Of a stretch of 64,000 bases of DNA, positions 13,220-24,865 are shown piece by piece. This DNA is from Chiloscyllium plagiosum (lineage: Eukaryota), in assembly GCF_004010195.1 (NCBI RefSeq), contig NC_057719.1:28443153-28507152 (forward strand), given 5' to 3'. A program made the position numbers and the translations under genes. Each line of letters starts with the position of its first letter. Positions within the stretch are counted from its first letter, which is position 1. The notes beneath the pieces were generated by a model. That model saw only the letters and a list, made by a program, of their open reading frames with translations, had not been told where the DNA came from and searched no databases.

Positions 13220-13532
13220 TTTTTTTAGATTACATTACATTACATTACAGTGTGGAAACAGGCCCTTCGGCCCAACAAGTCCACACGGACGCGCAACCCA
13301 CCCATACCCCTACATTTACCCCTTACCTAACACTACGGACAATTTAGCATGGCCAATTCACCTGACCTGCACATCTTTGGACTGTGGGAGGAAACAGGAG
13401 CACCTGGAGGAAACCCACGCAGACACGGGGAGAATGTGCAAACTCCACACAGTCAGTCGCCTGAGGCAGGAATTGAACCTGGGTCTCAGGCGCTGTGAGG
13501 CAGCAGTGCTAACCACTGTGCCACCATGCCAC
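13220..13532 (-). mobile_element. HE1-type SINE inserted in L1 ORF2
   Basis: HE1 head and core, (attac)n tail; ccactt duplicated at 13214-13219 and 13533-13538. Confidence 0.9.
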
Positions 13533-16500
13533 CCACTTCTGGGGATGTACAACTATTCTTATATACAGGATTATCTGCCGCCTTCTCTTAGAGGGGGCTA
13601 ATATCTCCCTCATTTTAAAGAAAGGGAAAGATCCCGAAGAATGTATTTCATATCGACCAATTTCACTTTTGAATGTAGATTTCAAAATTTTATCCAAGAT
13701 TCTGGCTCTAAGGTTGGAGAAGGTCCTGCCCCATATTATAAAAGAAGACCAGACAGGTTTAGTTAAGGGCCGTAGCTCCTCCAACGATATCAGGAAAGTA
13801 CTGAACACAGTGCAGGTATGTCATCAAAGATTGATTCCGGGTTTGGTGGTCTCTCTAGATGCAGAAAAGGCGTTTGATCGGATAGAATGGCCGTATCTAT
13901 TTAAGGTCCTGAAGCTCTTTGGTTTGAGGGGATCCTTTGCCAGATGGATAGAGGTACTGTATAATGATCCTAAGACGGCAGTCATTACAAATGGTATTAA
14001 ATCAAATAACTTTAATAGAGGAAGAGATAGTCGACATCGGTGTCCTTTATCACTGCTGCTATTTACCTTAGCGATTGAACCGTTAGCCGAAGCTATCAGG
14101 AGGGATCCTGAAATAGTAGCGCCAAAGGTGGGAATGGGGGAGTATAAGATCACCCTATATGCTGATGACGTCCTTTTATTTTTGGCCTATCCGGAGAACT
14201 CTGTTCCTTGACTGATTCAAACAATTAATTCAAATGGTGGTTTCTCGGGTTACAGGATGAATTTTACAAAATCAGAAGCCATCCTGTTAGGGAGATTAGT
14301 GGAGGTGCCCAATCTGAAGGATGGAATGCAATTTCCGTTTCGATGGTCACCAAGTGGTTTTTTTGTATTTGGGAATTTTTATTAACCCTTCTTTCCACCA
14401 GCTGTATAAAGCTAACTTTGTACAACTACTAGAGAGGATAAAACAGGATTTGCAGCGGTGGGAGGGTTTACCATTATGGTTGGGATGAATAGCCCTGATT
14501 AAGATGAAGGTTCTTCATCGACTGCTGTACCCCATGAGAATGCTGCCATTGTTACCCAGACAAATGTTACGGAGGCTCAATGGTTGGCTAGGGTCCTTTA
14601 TTTGGTGCCACAAGCAACCTCTGATTAAATTCACTAAATTGCAGCTTTCACAGGGTGAGGGAGGGGTGGATCTTTGAGATTTGAAGAAATACCAAATAAG
14701 TGCCCTGTTAACATATGTTGGTGACTGGGTACGGGGGCATTCGGTGTCGATTTGGCTTGATATTAAAGCCTCACAGTCAAGATGTCCTTTAATTAATTTA
14801 TTATTCATGGACAAGATAAAATCCATGACCCAGCAGTGCGAAAGTCCAATTATTTTAAATACAGTGAGAGCCTGCAGGATAATGAGGCAAGACAAGGACA
14901 ATTAGTCTAAGACTTAGCCATTTACCCCATTGGTGGGAGCCCAAGGATTTAAACTTGGGGCAATGGATTCCGGCTTTAAGGCATTGGAGAATAAGGGAAT
15001 CTCCTGTCTGGGAGACTTATTCTGGAGCTGGGGGTGGGGAGGTGCAGTACCTGATGTCATTTAGTCAATTAAGGTCAGAAATATGGATTGTCTAATAGGG
15101 ACCTTTTCCGATACTTTCAGGTAATGGACCATATACAGAGGAGGACCACTCTCCTGGTCCAGTGTTACACATCAGACGTGGAGAAAAGAATACTCTGGTG
15201 TACGGGTGCTCTTTCACTCAGTACTTTATATTATTTACAGAAAGGTCGCGCCCTGGGGAACATGAAAGGACGTGAAATCGAGAGTTAGGAGAGGATATTT
15301 CATCAGAGGTATGGGAAGACATTTGGGGGAATGTAAGGAAAATCTCAGTATGTAACAGAGCGCAGGGCATGCAATTGAAGATCTTACATAGAGCTCATAT
15401 GGCCCCAGAGAGGACTTCAAGAGAGGAGTATCACCAGGGTGTCCCAAATGTAAAATTACTATAGGCACTCACACACACTGCTACTGGTCATGTTGTAAGA
15501 TCCAGAGATACTGGAATGCTATAATAAGGGAGCTAAAGGACATCCTGGGGATTGAAATTAACGTAGGTCGGGTAATTCTTCTTTTGGGGTTGCCAAATTT
15601 ACCCTCTCTGGGGGAACATGGGAAGAGATTATGTAACATTCTTACCCATTGTACTGAATTGGACATCAGAGAAACCACCAGGTCTTACGGGGTGGTGTAG
15701 GCTGGTGGTCTCCCCCAAGACTACCTCACAAATATGGTGCACCACAAAACGGAACAGTTTTACAAGACGTGGCTGCCCTTTTTAAATTATATTGACACAT
15801 ACTTATCAGCAATATTAATTAGGGCCATGGTATAGCCATGGGGATCAGTATGGGTGCCTGTGGGGCCCCAGGAGGAGGAGACTGGGGGAAAAAGAATACG
15901 GGTACTGTAGATAGTGCTCCCAGGGATGGGAGTCTCAGTGGAGGTGTGATGAGTGAGGTAGAATAAGGTAGAAATAATGAGATATTATTTAAGTTAGTTG
16001 ACTTTAGTTTAAGTTGTATTTATTTAATATGTTTGTAGTTTAGTTTAAGTTAAGTTAATATGTTTGTTCTGATAGAATAGTAGGTCGTTCATTAACAATA
16101 GTATTGTATTATGGCTTTGTTGTACTGCCTTTTTTCTTTTTTGATGGTGTTATTCTTTTTTTCATATATAAATGTTTGGTAAAAGATTTAAAAAGGTTTT
16201 CAATAAAACTATTTAGAAAAAAAACCTGAAGATCAGTGATAGCCATGTACTCCGATTCTATTTTCCTGTAACCTTCATTTAACGGGTCTTAAATATTTTG
16301 AATTAATCAATTTGAACCAACATTAATAACCATTTGAATTCATTAATTTCCATATTTTGATAACACTTTGACTCGGAATACGTCTACTAATTTCCTCCTT
16401 TATAGTTTGAGTATTAATTCTGCAATGATGATTATGCTATCTTGCTTCTTCTCAGGCAGTCCCTGGTTAGGCTGGAAATCTGACAGAAATGTTCAGCACA

Positions 16501-17439
16501 TCAGGCAGCATCCATGGAGAGAAAGAGCCTGATTCCAATTCTGATGATGTTACAATGATGGGTCAGAAGTCTGAAATAGTATGGATGTTTTTAATCATTC
16601 ATTTCAAAATGTGATTTTCTTAACAGAAGATTGCTTGATAGCAAAATAATTGGAATGTAAAAGAAAATCCATGCAGGACTACTGAGATGTAACACCCAAG
16701 CAGATTGGACTTTAGTAACGACAAAGATCATAAAGGGTTGATGACCCTTTACTCGACGGTAAACCATCCACTACAGATTAGGTTTTTCCCTGTGAAGAAT
16801 ACACAAGGATAGGGATTTAAAAAAAGAGTTTCAACTCTACTTGAGTTGACTAGTGAGACTGAATGCTTTCATATGTACCAGCCTGTGTTCGAGAGTTAAC
16901 ATGCTGCGAAGGTCACAGCCAAAGAACTATCCCTAGTTGTCCCTGTGTTGTAGGTTAAGACTTTTACTCACTTTAAGTGCTAGACATCTGCAAGTTAACA
17001 GCCGGGCTTAAGGCAGTTCCTCTCTCACTCAATTAAATACAAGAATCATAGTAAAGGAACTTTGATCAGCACATAAAACCAAGAATCAAAAATCATCTGT
17101 TCAGCTACCAACATCGATAACACCAGTAACTTCTACTGCAAAAATTGCAATGTTCAACTATCTGCTCTTCACAAACAATTTAGAGACTGATTCTTTTTTA
17201 ACTTTTATCCATTTGGCCTTTTTTTTCTAATTTGTATGTGTGCATTGTTTTACTAATTTCTTTTGCATTTAGTAATTAATAAATTCTTTCTTTGCTGTTC
17301 AAGAAACCCTGGTTAAATTGGCTCTGTTTAAAATACAAGTTCTTTTGATGAAAGACACCCACATCATTAGCCATGATCTTATTCAATGGTTTGAGAGGCC
17401 AAACAGCCTATTCCTGTACCTGTTTCTCATGACCTTATG

Positions 17440-18020
17440 CTCTCATTTCATCCTGACCTAAACTACATAGTCCCGCACACCTACCAGCCACCTCACACAC
17501 CTGCCACTTTACACCTGCCAGCCAACTCACATACTACCTCTCTCACATCACCTACCTCCTATCTGACTCTTCTGCCATCTAACTTTCCTGCCACCCTCCC
17601 ACCTGCGACCCCACACATCTCTCAGCTCTCCTACCTACTAGATTAGAGTGGTGCTGGAAAAGCACAGCAGGTCAGGCAGCATCCGAGGAGCAGGAAAGTC
17701 GACGTTCGGGCAAAAGCCCTTCATCAGGAATAGAGGCAGAGTGTACCTCACCCACTATTACCTCATCCATCTGCTATCCAAGCCTCCTGTCACGTAACCC
17801 AACCTGTCACCCTACTTATCCATATCTCATCCACCTACCACCTCACCTAATTGCCATCCTCCCATGTTCAATTCACTCATCGGCCACCCTACCAAACTGA
17901 CATTTTACCCTACCAACACTGCCGCCTACCATCTCACTCAACGTCCTTACCTTACCACTGTACCTATTCACTCATTTGTCCAATCACCCATTCACTAACA
18001 CTCACACTCACTTCCCCTGA
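17440..18020. repeat. C/A/T-rich low-complexity tract containing a Penelope terminal fragment (about 17640-17740)
   Basis: Degenerate cacct/ctcac motifs; gattagagtggtgctggaaaagcacagcaggtcagg at 17641. Confidence 0.55.
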
Positions 18021-18035
18021 CTTTATTCCACTGGG

Positions 18036-18239
18036 GTCGAGGGTGTGGTGCTGGAAAAGCACAGCAGGTCAGGCAGCGTCCAAGGAGCAGGAGAGTCGAT
18101 GTTTCGGGCATAAGCCCTTCATCAGGAATGCCCGAAACTTCAATTCTCCTGCTCCTCGGATGCTGCCTGACCTGCAGGTACTTTTCCAGCACTACACTCT
18201 CGACTATAATCTCCAGCATCTGCAGTCCTCACTTTTGTC
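18036..18239. mobile_element. Penelope-derived mini hairpin insertion
   Basis: Inverted arms; 12-bp TSD tattccactggg at 18024-18035 and 18240-18251. Confidence 0.8.
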
Positions 18240-20312
18240 TATTCCACTGGGACTGTGTTCCCGATGGAGGACATCATCTGCATTTCTGGGATAATGGGGC
18301 TCACAACTTTTGAGCTGGAACCAAGTTGGGTCAAGGTTCCCGTGGAGTGGTATTATGGTGATGAGTTCTTCTCCCTGGGAGATCTGAACAAATCTGTTTA
18401 AACACATTAATACATCAGGAATTTGCTTCTAAATTATGTGATTCAGAAATGAAAACAGAAAATGCTGGAATTACTCATATATTTGGCAACATTGCTGGAA
18501 AGAGAAACAGAGTTAATGCATCAGATCATGGCCCTTGAGGTGATTTTGAAAATGTGTTGACTCCACTGGCCTGCTTACAATGTGAAGAAAATGTTTTAAT
18601 TCTTGCACTTATGCAGTTTGCACAAAATTGCATTTGCAAAGCGAAAAGTATATGTCTGATTTGTATGGGTAAGTTGTGAGGCTAGCCTACTTGTCTCAGA
18701 ACAAAGATAGTGGGCCCAATACAAGGATAACTAACTCACTTTGTAGTGGTGGAACTTCCAATATAAATGAGTGGGTCCCACTGCCTCTGAATGTGACACT
18801 GCCTATGGAGCTGCATGGTCTGGTTGCATTCTTGATATTGAGATTTGCCTGAAGATATTGATTACATCAACTGCTTGATTAGTTTAGATTGAATATGCAA
18901 CATTATTCAAAGCTTATTTTTTAAATCCTAGCAAGTAAAACAAACATAAAGGACGAACAGGGAGATGCATGAAGATCAAGATTATTGACTGCCTAATTAA
19001 CTGATCAAGAAACAAAACATTGAGTGTATGTCACAGTTAGAAATAAAAGCAATTAGTCTAAGCTACTGGAAGGTAGAATTCCTCACAATTAATTTGAGTC
19101 AAGGAGCAGTGTACACATTTACAAAATAATCTGTCTAGTGAAAAATCTTTGCACAGGGACATGCAGGTCTTAATCCCTGGGTGAATGGCAAATCACCCCT
19201 TTCAGTACAGCCCTTAAATCCAATAAAAAGATCAATGTTTAACATGATGTCTGCTGAGGGAGACTGCGCAATAGCCATCAAAATACAGTTTCACCACAAA
19301 TGGGAAGTTACAACTCTGCAAACATTCATAAGTGAATGTTTTTGCATCTCTTTAGGAATCGTTAGTTGTAATCAAATTATGGTTGCATCAACTACTTGAT
19401 TAGTTCAGGTTTAATAGACAGCATTATTAAAGCTCGTTTTATGCATTTTTGGGTTGAGAAATGGCATGAATGGAAATTTTGAAGCATTCTGAGCAGCTGA
19501 TAGCATGCTTTCCATTCACATTTTCTCATCAGGATTGTGGTTGTTAGGGTTAGACTTCACTGCTTTAAAGTTTTGATGCATGCAATGCAATTTCCAATTG
19601 CAGTTTTGTATTGAACATTCACCAATTGATTTTAGCTATTTCCAGGAAGGAATCACATCAAACCAGACATAAAGTCTATAATGTTAACTGTTAAAGATTA
19701 TATGGTGGCCTCTTTCATCAAAAAAACTATACAATCCAAAGAAACCTCTGTACACATCTGATGGTTTTTCCAGCAATAAGCTGGGATTGAAGAATCTGTT
19801 AATGGTGAATGCACAATCCAAGATCAATAAACTGCAATCAATACTTTAGATATCACCGTGCCTGCACTTTTCTGTTGATACAAACTATAGACTTCAGTAA
19901 CATCAGCTTGTTTACTCTATCACCTTTTTATTATATCTGTTCTCTTATAAAGGACCACTCTTTATCTTAGATGCTGTCTTAGAAATATTGTAGCCTCAGG
20001 ATCTTTTTGAATGTGGCAAGGTTTGCTGTAATTCTCAAAGGACTAAAGTGTTATAGCAAACACATATTTTGGAGTTTGCCAGTAGATTTGAAATATTCTC
20101 TGGTAGCTATGCATTCTGGGGAATCCTTCCACAGCCCCAAACAAAAATTCATTTAAAACTGGATCTTGTTGGCAGTAAACAGGATGTAAATGAGTTAATG
20201 ATGTCATCAAGAACAATGTGGTAGTGTAGGTGAAGTCAGTCATAAGAATTTGGGAGGTGTCATGCTGATGGGGTTTGCAAAGTTGAGCTCTGCATTTCAG
20301 TATAGTAGTTAC

Positions 20313-20386
20313 CTCAAGTCTATGAACAGTAATTTGAGGGACTGTCGTTGGTGAATAGATTGAAGCTGTGTCGGTCTGTTTAAGAA
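20313..20386 (-). CDS. Exon E; (V)LKQTDTASIYSPTTVPQITVHRLE
   Basis: Strong acceptor ttcttttctttggtgcag|TT, donor TGAG|gtaact; 74 nt, phase 1 to 0. Confidence 0.7.
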
Positions 20387-21249
20387 CTGCACCAAAGAAA
20401 AGAATTTAAAAGTTTGAGCCACATAAACTACCATTTCCAACAGTGAAACCCTGCTGCCTGAAGGTTTCTGCAGAGTGGTACCACTACAGATACGTAAAGC
20501 TCGCACACTAGTAACACCTGGCACTCTCAGACTGCATCAGATGCTGGTGGTCTATCAGATTAGTTCCTATTAGAGGTTTGACTCCAGAGAGTGAAATTCG
20601 AGACATTGGAAACTCCATTAGTAAATGTAAAATCTCTGGTGGGCAGGGGAATACTTTAAAGTAAATTAGAAAGAAGTATTTGCAGCTCAGAGTGAGGGTT
20701 GCTGCCATAGCAGGTGGACACCATGAGACACAGCTACTGTAAGGGAAATCAAGGGCCATCAAAATAATTTAAACCAAGATCAGTACATAGAAAATGTTGT
20801 AAAGCCAGAATTAAAAAATAAAGGGGCAATTTAGAAGCCTGTCCAGTAAAATAAATACACTTCTGGCAAATCACTAGGAAAACCAAATCAGGAAATCAAC
20901 TCGATACAGGTACCCATTGTGGTTACTACAGCATTAATATCCAGAAGTACATTGAGTGGTTATTTGTGAGCAAAGAGCAAAATTGACAAACCATATAGAA
21001 GTCAAATAATCAGACCATGTGCAAAAGCAGCAGTATTCAGCTAAAGAAATCGTATGAAAATAACTGAGTTGCTTTTTGTATCCTTTCTTACTTATCTCTA
21101 CTGCTGAAACAGTTCCTGAATAGTAAAATACTCTGCTACTTTCCCAAATTAGACACTTGCTATATATGGGCCTGGACATGAGTGCTTGCATGAGTGCATT
21201 AGTGTTTATGGACACCAACACAAATAAGCTGAATCCTGCTGTATGGCTC

Positions 21250-21610
21250 ACTTCCTATTTATGTGTATAGGTTTGCTTGGGTTGGTGATGTCATTTCCTG
21301 TGGTGACATCATTCTTGTTCTTTTCTCAGGGGTGGTAAATTCATCACAGGAAATGACATCATCACAGGCTAAACACGTAAAGAGAAAGTGGGCCAGACCA
21401 CCAGTGCTTCATCCAGAGGCTCACTGATGATGATACCTAGTATGTTGATGAAACATCTGCAAACGAACCTTCCAGCTCAGCGACCAAACCTACATCCAGA
21501 TCCTCAACCTGAGCTAAAAATTTTCTCAAAACCCGCTATAGTCCAACAGGTTTATTTAGAAGTACTAGCTTTCGGGGCACTGCTCCTTCATCAGGTAGCT
21601 GTGGAGCAGG
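21250..21610. mobile_element. Terminal fragments of a second Penelope-like family
   Basis: ggaaatgacatca repeats and gaaccttccagctcagcga shared with about 50935-51135. Confidence 0.55.
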
Positions 21611-22338
21611 ATCATATGACACAAAGTTTATAGCAAAGGATCACAGTGTCATGCATGCAACTGATACGATCTATTGAAAAAGCCTAGATTGCTGTCAAGT
21701 CTTTCATATTTTAGAATGGGTTGCAGGTTTCAGTTCATTAATATGTAAATCCCAGAACATCTTCCGAATCGCATTCTCAAGATAACTTAAGGTTTATAAG
21801 AAAAGGTAACATCTCAGGACTCAAACTGAGGAAAGCCAGCATGGATTTGTAAGGAGCAAATCATGTTTAACTTAACTGTGTAACAAGCAATCCCTGGGTC
21901 AGATTCCCAATTTCTCAACGGGCTACCTTTATCCATTAAGCTCCAGGCTAAGGAAGGGAGAACACTCCCTCCTTAAGTTTTCACTCGCCCACATGGTAGG
22001 TTGCAACAAAGTTAATTTTAAAAGATATCTTTCTCCCAGACCCAAGTTGATTTTGCTTGTAAAGGAACCAGTTTATTAATTACTAAATATGAGAAGAAAC
22101 GGTAATACAACTCAGATGTAAGCAGGTTAGAAATTAGGCAAAAAGGTGTACAGACAAGTCTCTCAATTTTTCATGAAGAGCAGAAACTCGAACATTGTGG
22201 CTATTGCAATGGAGGTCACTTGTATATTGATGTTGATATTTTACTAGCTGGTTTTGAGATTTTTGGCATTGAATGTTGATTGAAACTTTTGTTCCGATTC
22301 ATTTCAGCTGATTGGCTGCACTCAGTGTTAGAGGTGGT

Positions 22339-22515
22339 TGTAGTGATTGTAATAAGGTCAGCCAGATGGACCTCATAGAATATGAGTTCTTTGATTGGGA
22401 CTGTTAATCTAGTTCAATCAGAGAGCCCTGGCTGACAGATATAAACAGGAGATTCAGAGTCTTCTCAATTTAGGGGACTGACTCTGTGCTGGCTGGGCCA
22501 CAGTCAGTATGTAAC
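22339..22515 (+). mobile_element. Partial Gypsy LTR (5' half)
   Basis: tgtagtgattgtaataaggtcagccagatggacctcatagaatatgagtt matches the start of the LTR at 29694. Confidence 0.75.
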
Positions 22516-22739
22516 TGTTGCTATTGGTTTCTGCTTCTTTTTTGGGGGGGGGTAAACCTGATTTCTGAACTGGCTGAATTATTTGGCCAGTTTGTTAACT
22601 GGTATTCCTTTAGTGAGGACTGATTTCTAAACTCCTGATGCACACAATGTGTTTCAGATGTAACTCAGTTCTCATTAGGGGATTGTTGTTTCACTGGCTG
22701 GTTACAGCCTGTGTGTTACTTTTTTCTCTTTCACTATGA

Positions 22740-23050
22740 GGGTGGCACGGTGGCACAGTGGTTAGCACTGCTGCCTCACAGTGCCAGAGACCCGGGTTCC
22801 ATTCCCGCCTCAGGCGGCTCTCTGTGTGGAGTTTGCACATTCTCCCCGTGTCTGTGTGGGTTTCCTCTGGGAGCTCCGGTTTCCTCCCACAATCCAAAAA
22901 TGTGCAGGTTAGGTGAATTAGCCATGCTAAATTGCCTGTAGTGTTAGGTGAAGGGGTAAATGTAGGGGAATGGGTCTGGGTGTGTGGCGGGTCGGTGTGG
23001 ACTTGTTGGGCCGAAGGGCCTGTTTCCACACTGTAAGTAATCTAAATCTA
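22740..23050 (+). mobile_element. HE1-type SINE
   Basis: gggtggcacggtggcacagtggttagcactgctgcc head; taatctaaatcta tail. Confidence 0.9.
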
Positions 23051-23054
23051 AATA

Positions 23055-24488
23055 ACAATGTGGATTTTGTGGCAGGGCTTAGCCCTTGGACTCTAGGTTT
23101 CTTTGTTTTTTGTATGCGTCTTCACTGTTTTTTGGTGGTTGGACTGAGCCCTTGTGAGAAAATACATCTTACCAGATGAGTTGTCCCTGTGGGGAGGCCT
23201 AGCCCTGGAACTGGGCCTTGATTGAACACCTGTGTGTGTGCTGGAAGGTGAGCACTTGCTGTATCGTGGAGTTTGGGACTGGACCCCGCCTTCGGGAGCG
23301 GACCAAACCCCTGTGAGTTAACTGCACCTTTACAATGTACTGTGCTCCTGTGAGTGGGCCTGGTTCTCTATGGATGGACCAGGACTCTATGGAGACCGAA
23401 CACCTGTGTGCTGTGGGGTGTGCACTTCCTGCCTTCAGGAGTGGACTCTGCCCTCCGTTGTGGACTCTGTTTTTAGCAACAGACTCTGCAGTTTGGAGTG
23501 GAATCCATTTCTGACAATGCACCTTGTATACTGGAGTGGACTCTGTTCCTGGGAATGGACTCTACATTTGAAGAGAACTGTTTATGGTATTGGACTCTAT
23601 GTACCAGAAAGGACTCTGATTGCTGATAATTGACTCTGTTATGTTGCTTGTCAGGGTTATCATCTGCACTGTCTCCCTGGGTCTGGCAGGCCTTACTGTG
23701 AGCTAGGAGGCTCATGGGTCTTCCTGAAAGCTGTCATCCCGAGAGCTGGAGGGTGGGTAGGCCACCCCGATGCGGGTTGCCACAAGAGCCAGACGGTGGG
23801 TAGGCCGTTCTGAGCGCTGTCATCCCAAGAAGGGGTAATCAGGACGGGCTGTCCTAGAGGTGGTCGGAAGCTGTGTCAGAGTGGTCGAGAGCCAGAAGGC
23901 GCGTAGGGGCAGGCCGAGATCCGGAAGACTTGTGGGCTGCCCTGCAGGGGAAGGGGACGGGCTGTCCTCGAGGTGGCCGGAAGGTGTGTTAGGGCAATCC
24001 CCGGGCCGGATGGCACATCTGGGTGGGTGAGAGCCCAATGGTACGTAGGGCAGACCGAGAGCCGTAAGGCAGGTAGGCTTTCCTCAGCGCTGTCACCCCA
24101 GGCGGGCACCGGGGTGGGCTGTCCTATAGGTGGTCAAAAGATGTGTCAGGGCAGATCGAGAACTGGAAGGGGCATGGGCTGCCTTAGAGTGGCTGAAAGG
24201 TGGGAAGGATGGAGGGGGGCTTGCTGGTATTCTGGGGCTCTGTATTATATGCACTGTTTCTTATGTACTTGGACCATCTTGTATGTACAAATGTCATTGT
24301 TACTGTTTTGTAATGATTGAAACTAGGATTTGAGGTTTGTCCTCATTTCCCTGAAAACAGGTTGAACGGTAGGGTTTGGGGCCTGGCTTTGCTGCTCCTC
24401 TCCCTTGTAAAATTGCTATTTCTCTGTATACAGCTACTAATGTTAATTGTTTTGTAAACTGTGAATTGTTTAATAAAATTTAAAAAAA
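23055..24488 (+). mobile_element. Probable long 3' UTR of a non-LTR (Tx1/L1-like) retroelement with internal degenerate repeats
   Basis: Recurrent ggactct and gctgtc motifs, G-rich, ending in aataaaatttaaaaaaa; no coding homology seen. Confidence 0.45.
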
Positions 24489-24551
24489 GGAGTGTACACT
24501 TGTGGCTGATTGAATCAGTTGAACATCGTTTCAAAGCTCTAGTCGTTTTGC

Positions 24552-24625
24552 AGTGCTGTTGCTTAGTTGGTTAAAATAGCTGTCTAGCGGAGATGGGATC
24601 CTGGTCTCAAACCCCGGTGGAGCCT
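24552..24625 (+). pseudogene. Degenerate tRNA-Thr(AGT)-derived pseudogene
   Basis: gcttagttggttaaa...ctgtctagc...gatcctgg...gcct follows vertebrate tRNA-Thr-AGT; anticodon loop and stems mutated. Confidence 0.65.
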
Positions 24626-24669
24626 GTACCTTACTGTGCCTTCTTGCAAATGCCGTGTTACAATCCACA

Positions 24670-24742
24670 TGCTCCATAGCTCAGGGGTTAACGCACTGGT
24701 CTTGTAAACCAGTGGTTGTGAATTCAAATTTCTCTGGGGCCT
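24670..24742 (+). tRNA. tRNA-Thr(TGT)-like, probably a pseudogene
   Basis: gctccatagctcaggggtta...actggtcttgtaaaccag...ttcaaat...ctggggcct; intact anticodon arm with TGT at 24703-24705; mismatches in acceptor, D and T arms. Confidence 0.75.
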
Positions 24743-24865
24743 CTTTGCATTTAGCTCTGTTGCCAAGCCCTCCCTCAGTTTAAACACTGTCATGTTGTCA
24801 AAAGCTTGGGAATTAATGTCTGAAACACCTTCTGAGGAAGGGCCACCAGGCCCATGTTGTTAATT

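Larger units (their letters stand above)
9508..16225 (+). mobile_element. Full-length degenerate L1-clade LINE (ORF1 about 9850-10681, ORF2 about 11895-15835)
   Basis: 5' caagatggcggc; ORF1 LENKNKRKNIHIVGLPE and YSLRYPA; endonuclease ILNVYCP/IIGGNFNC/YTRIDMF; RT SLDAEKAFDRIEWPY and ITLYADDVLLF; aataaa plus A-tail; TSD ctgaagatc(g/a)gtg at 9495-9507 and 16226-16238. Confidence 0.9.

Noticed and set aside
13377..13601. Recurrent ORFs such as DCGRKPEHPEETHADTGRMCKLHT and MPETSILLLLGCCLTCC
   Set aside because: Translations of HE1 SINE and Penelope termini, not genes.
16548..17350. Possible solo LTR (tgtt start, aataaa), and similarly about 21878-22330
   Set aside because: No second copy, TSD or defined end visible, so it cannot be supported.
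23380..24125. Repeat-spacer-like pattern suggesting a CRISPR array
   Set aside because: The repeats are short, degenerate and irregularly spaced, and the context is vertebrate with no cas genes.
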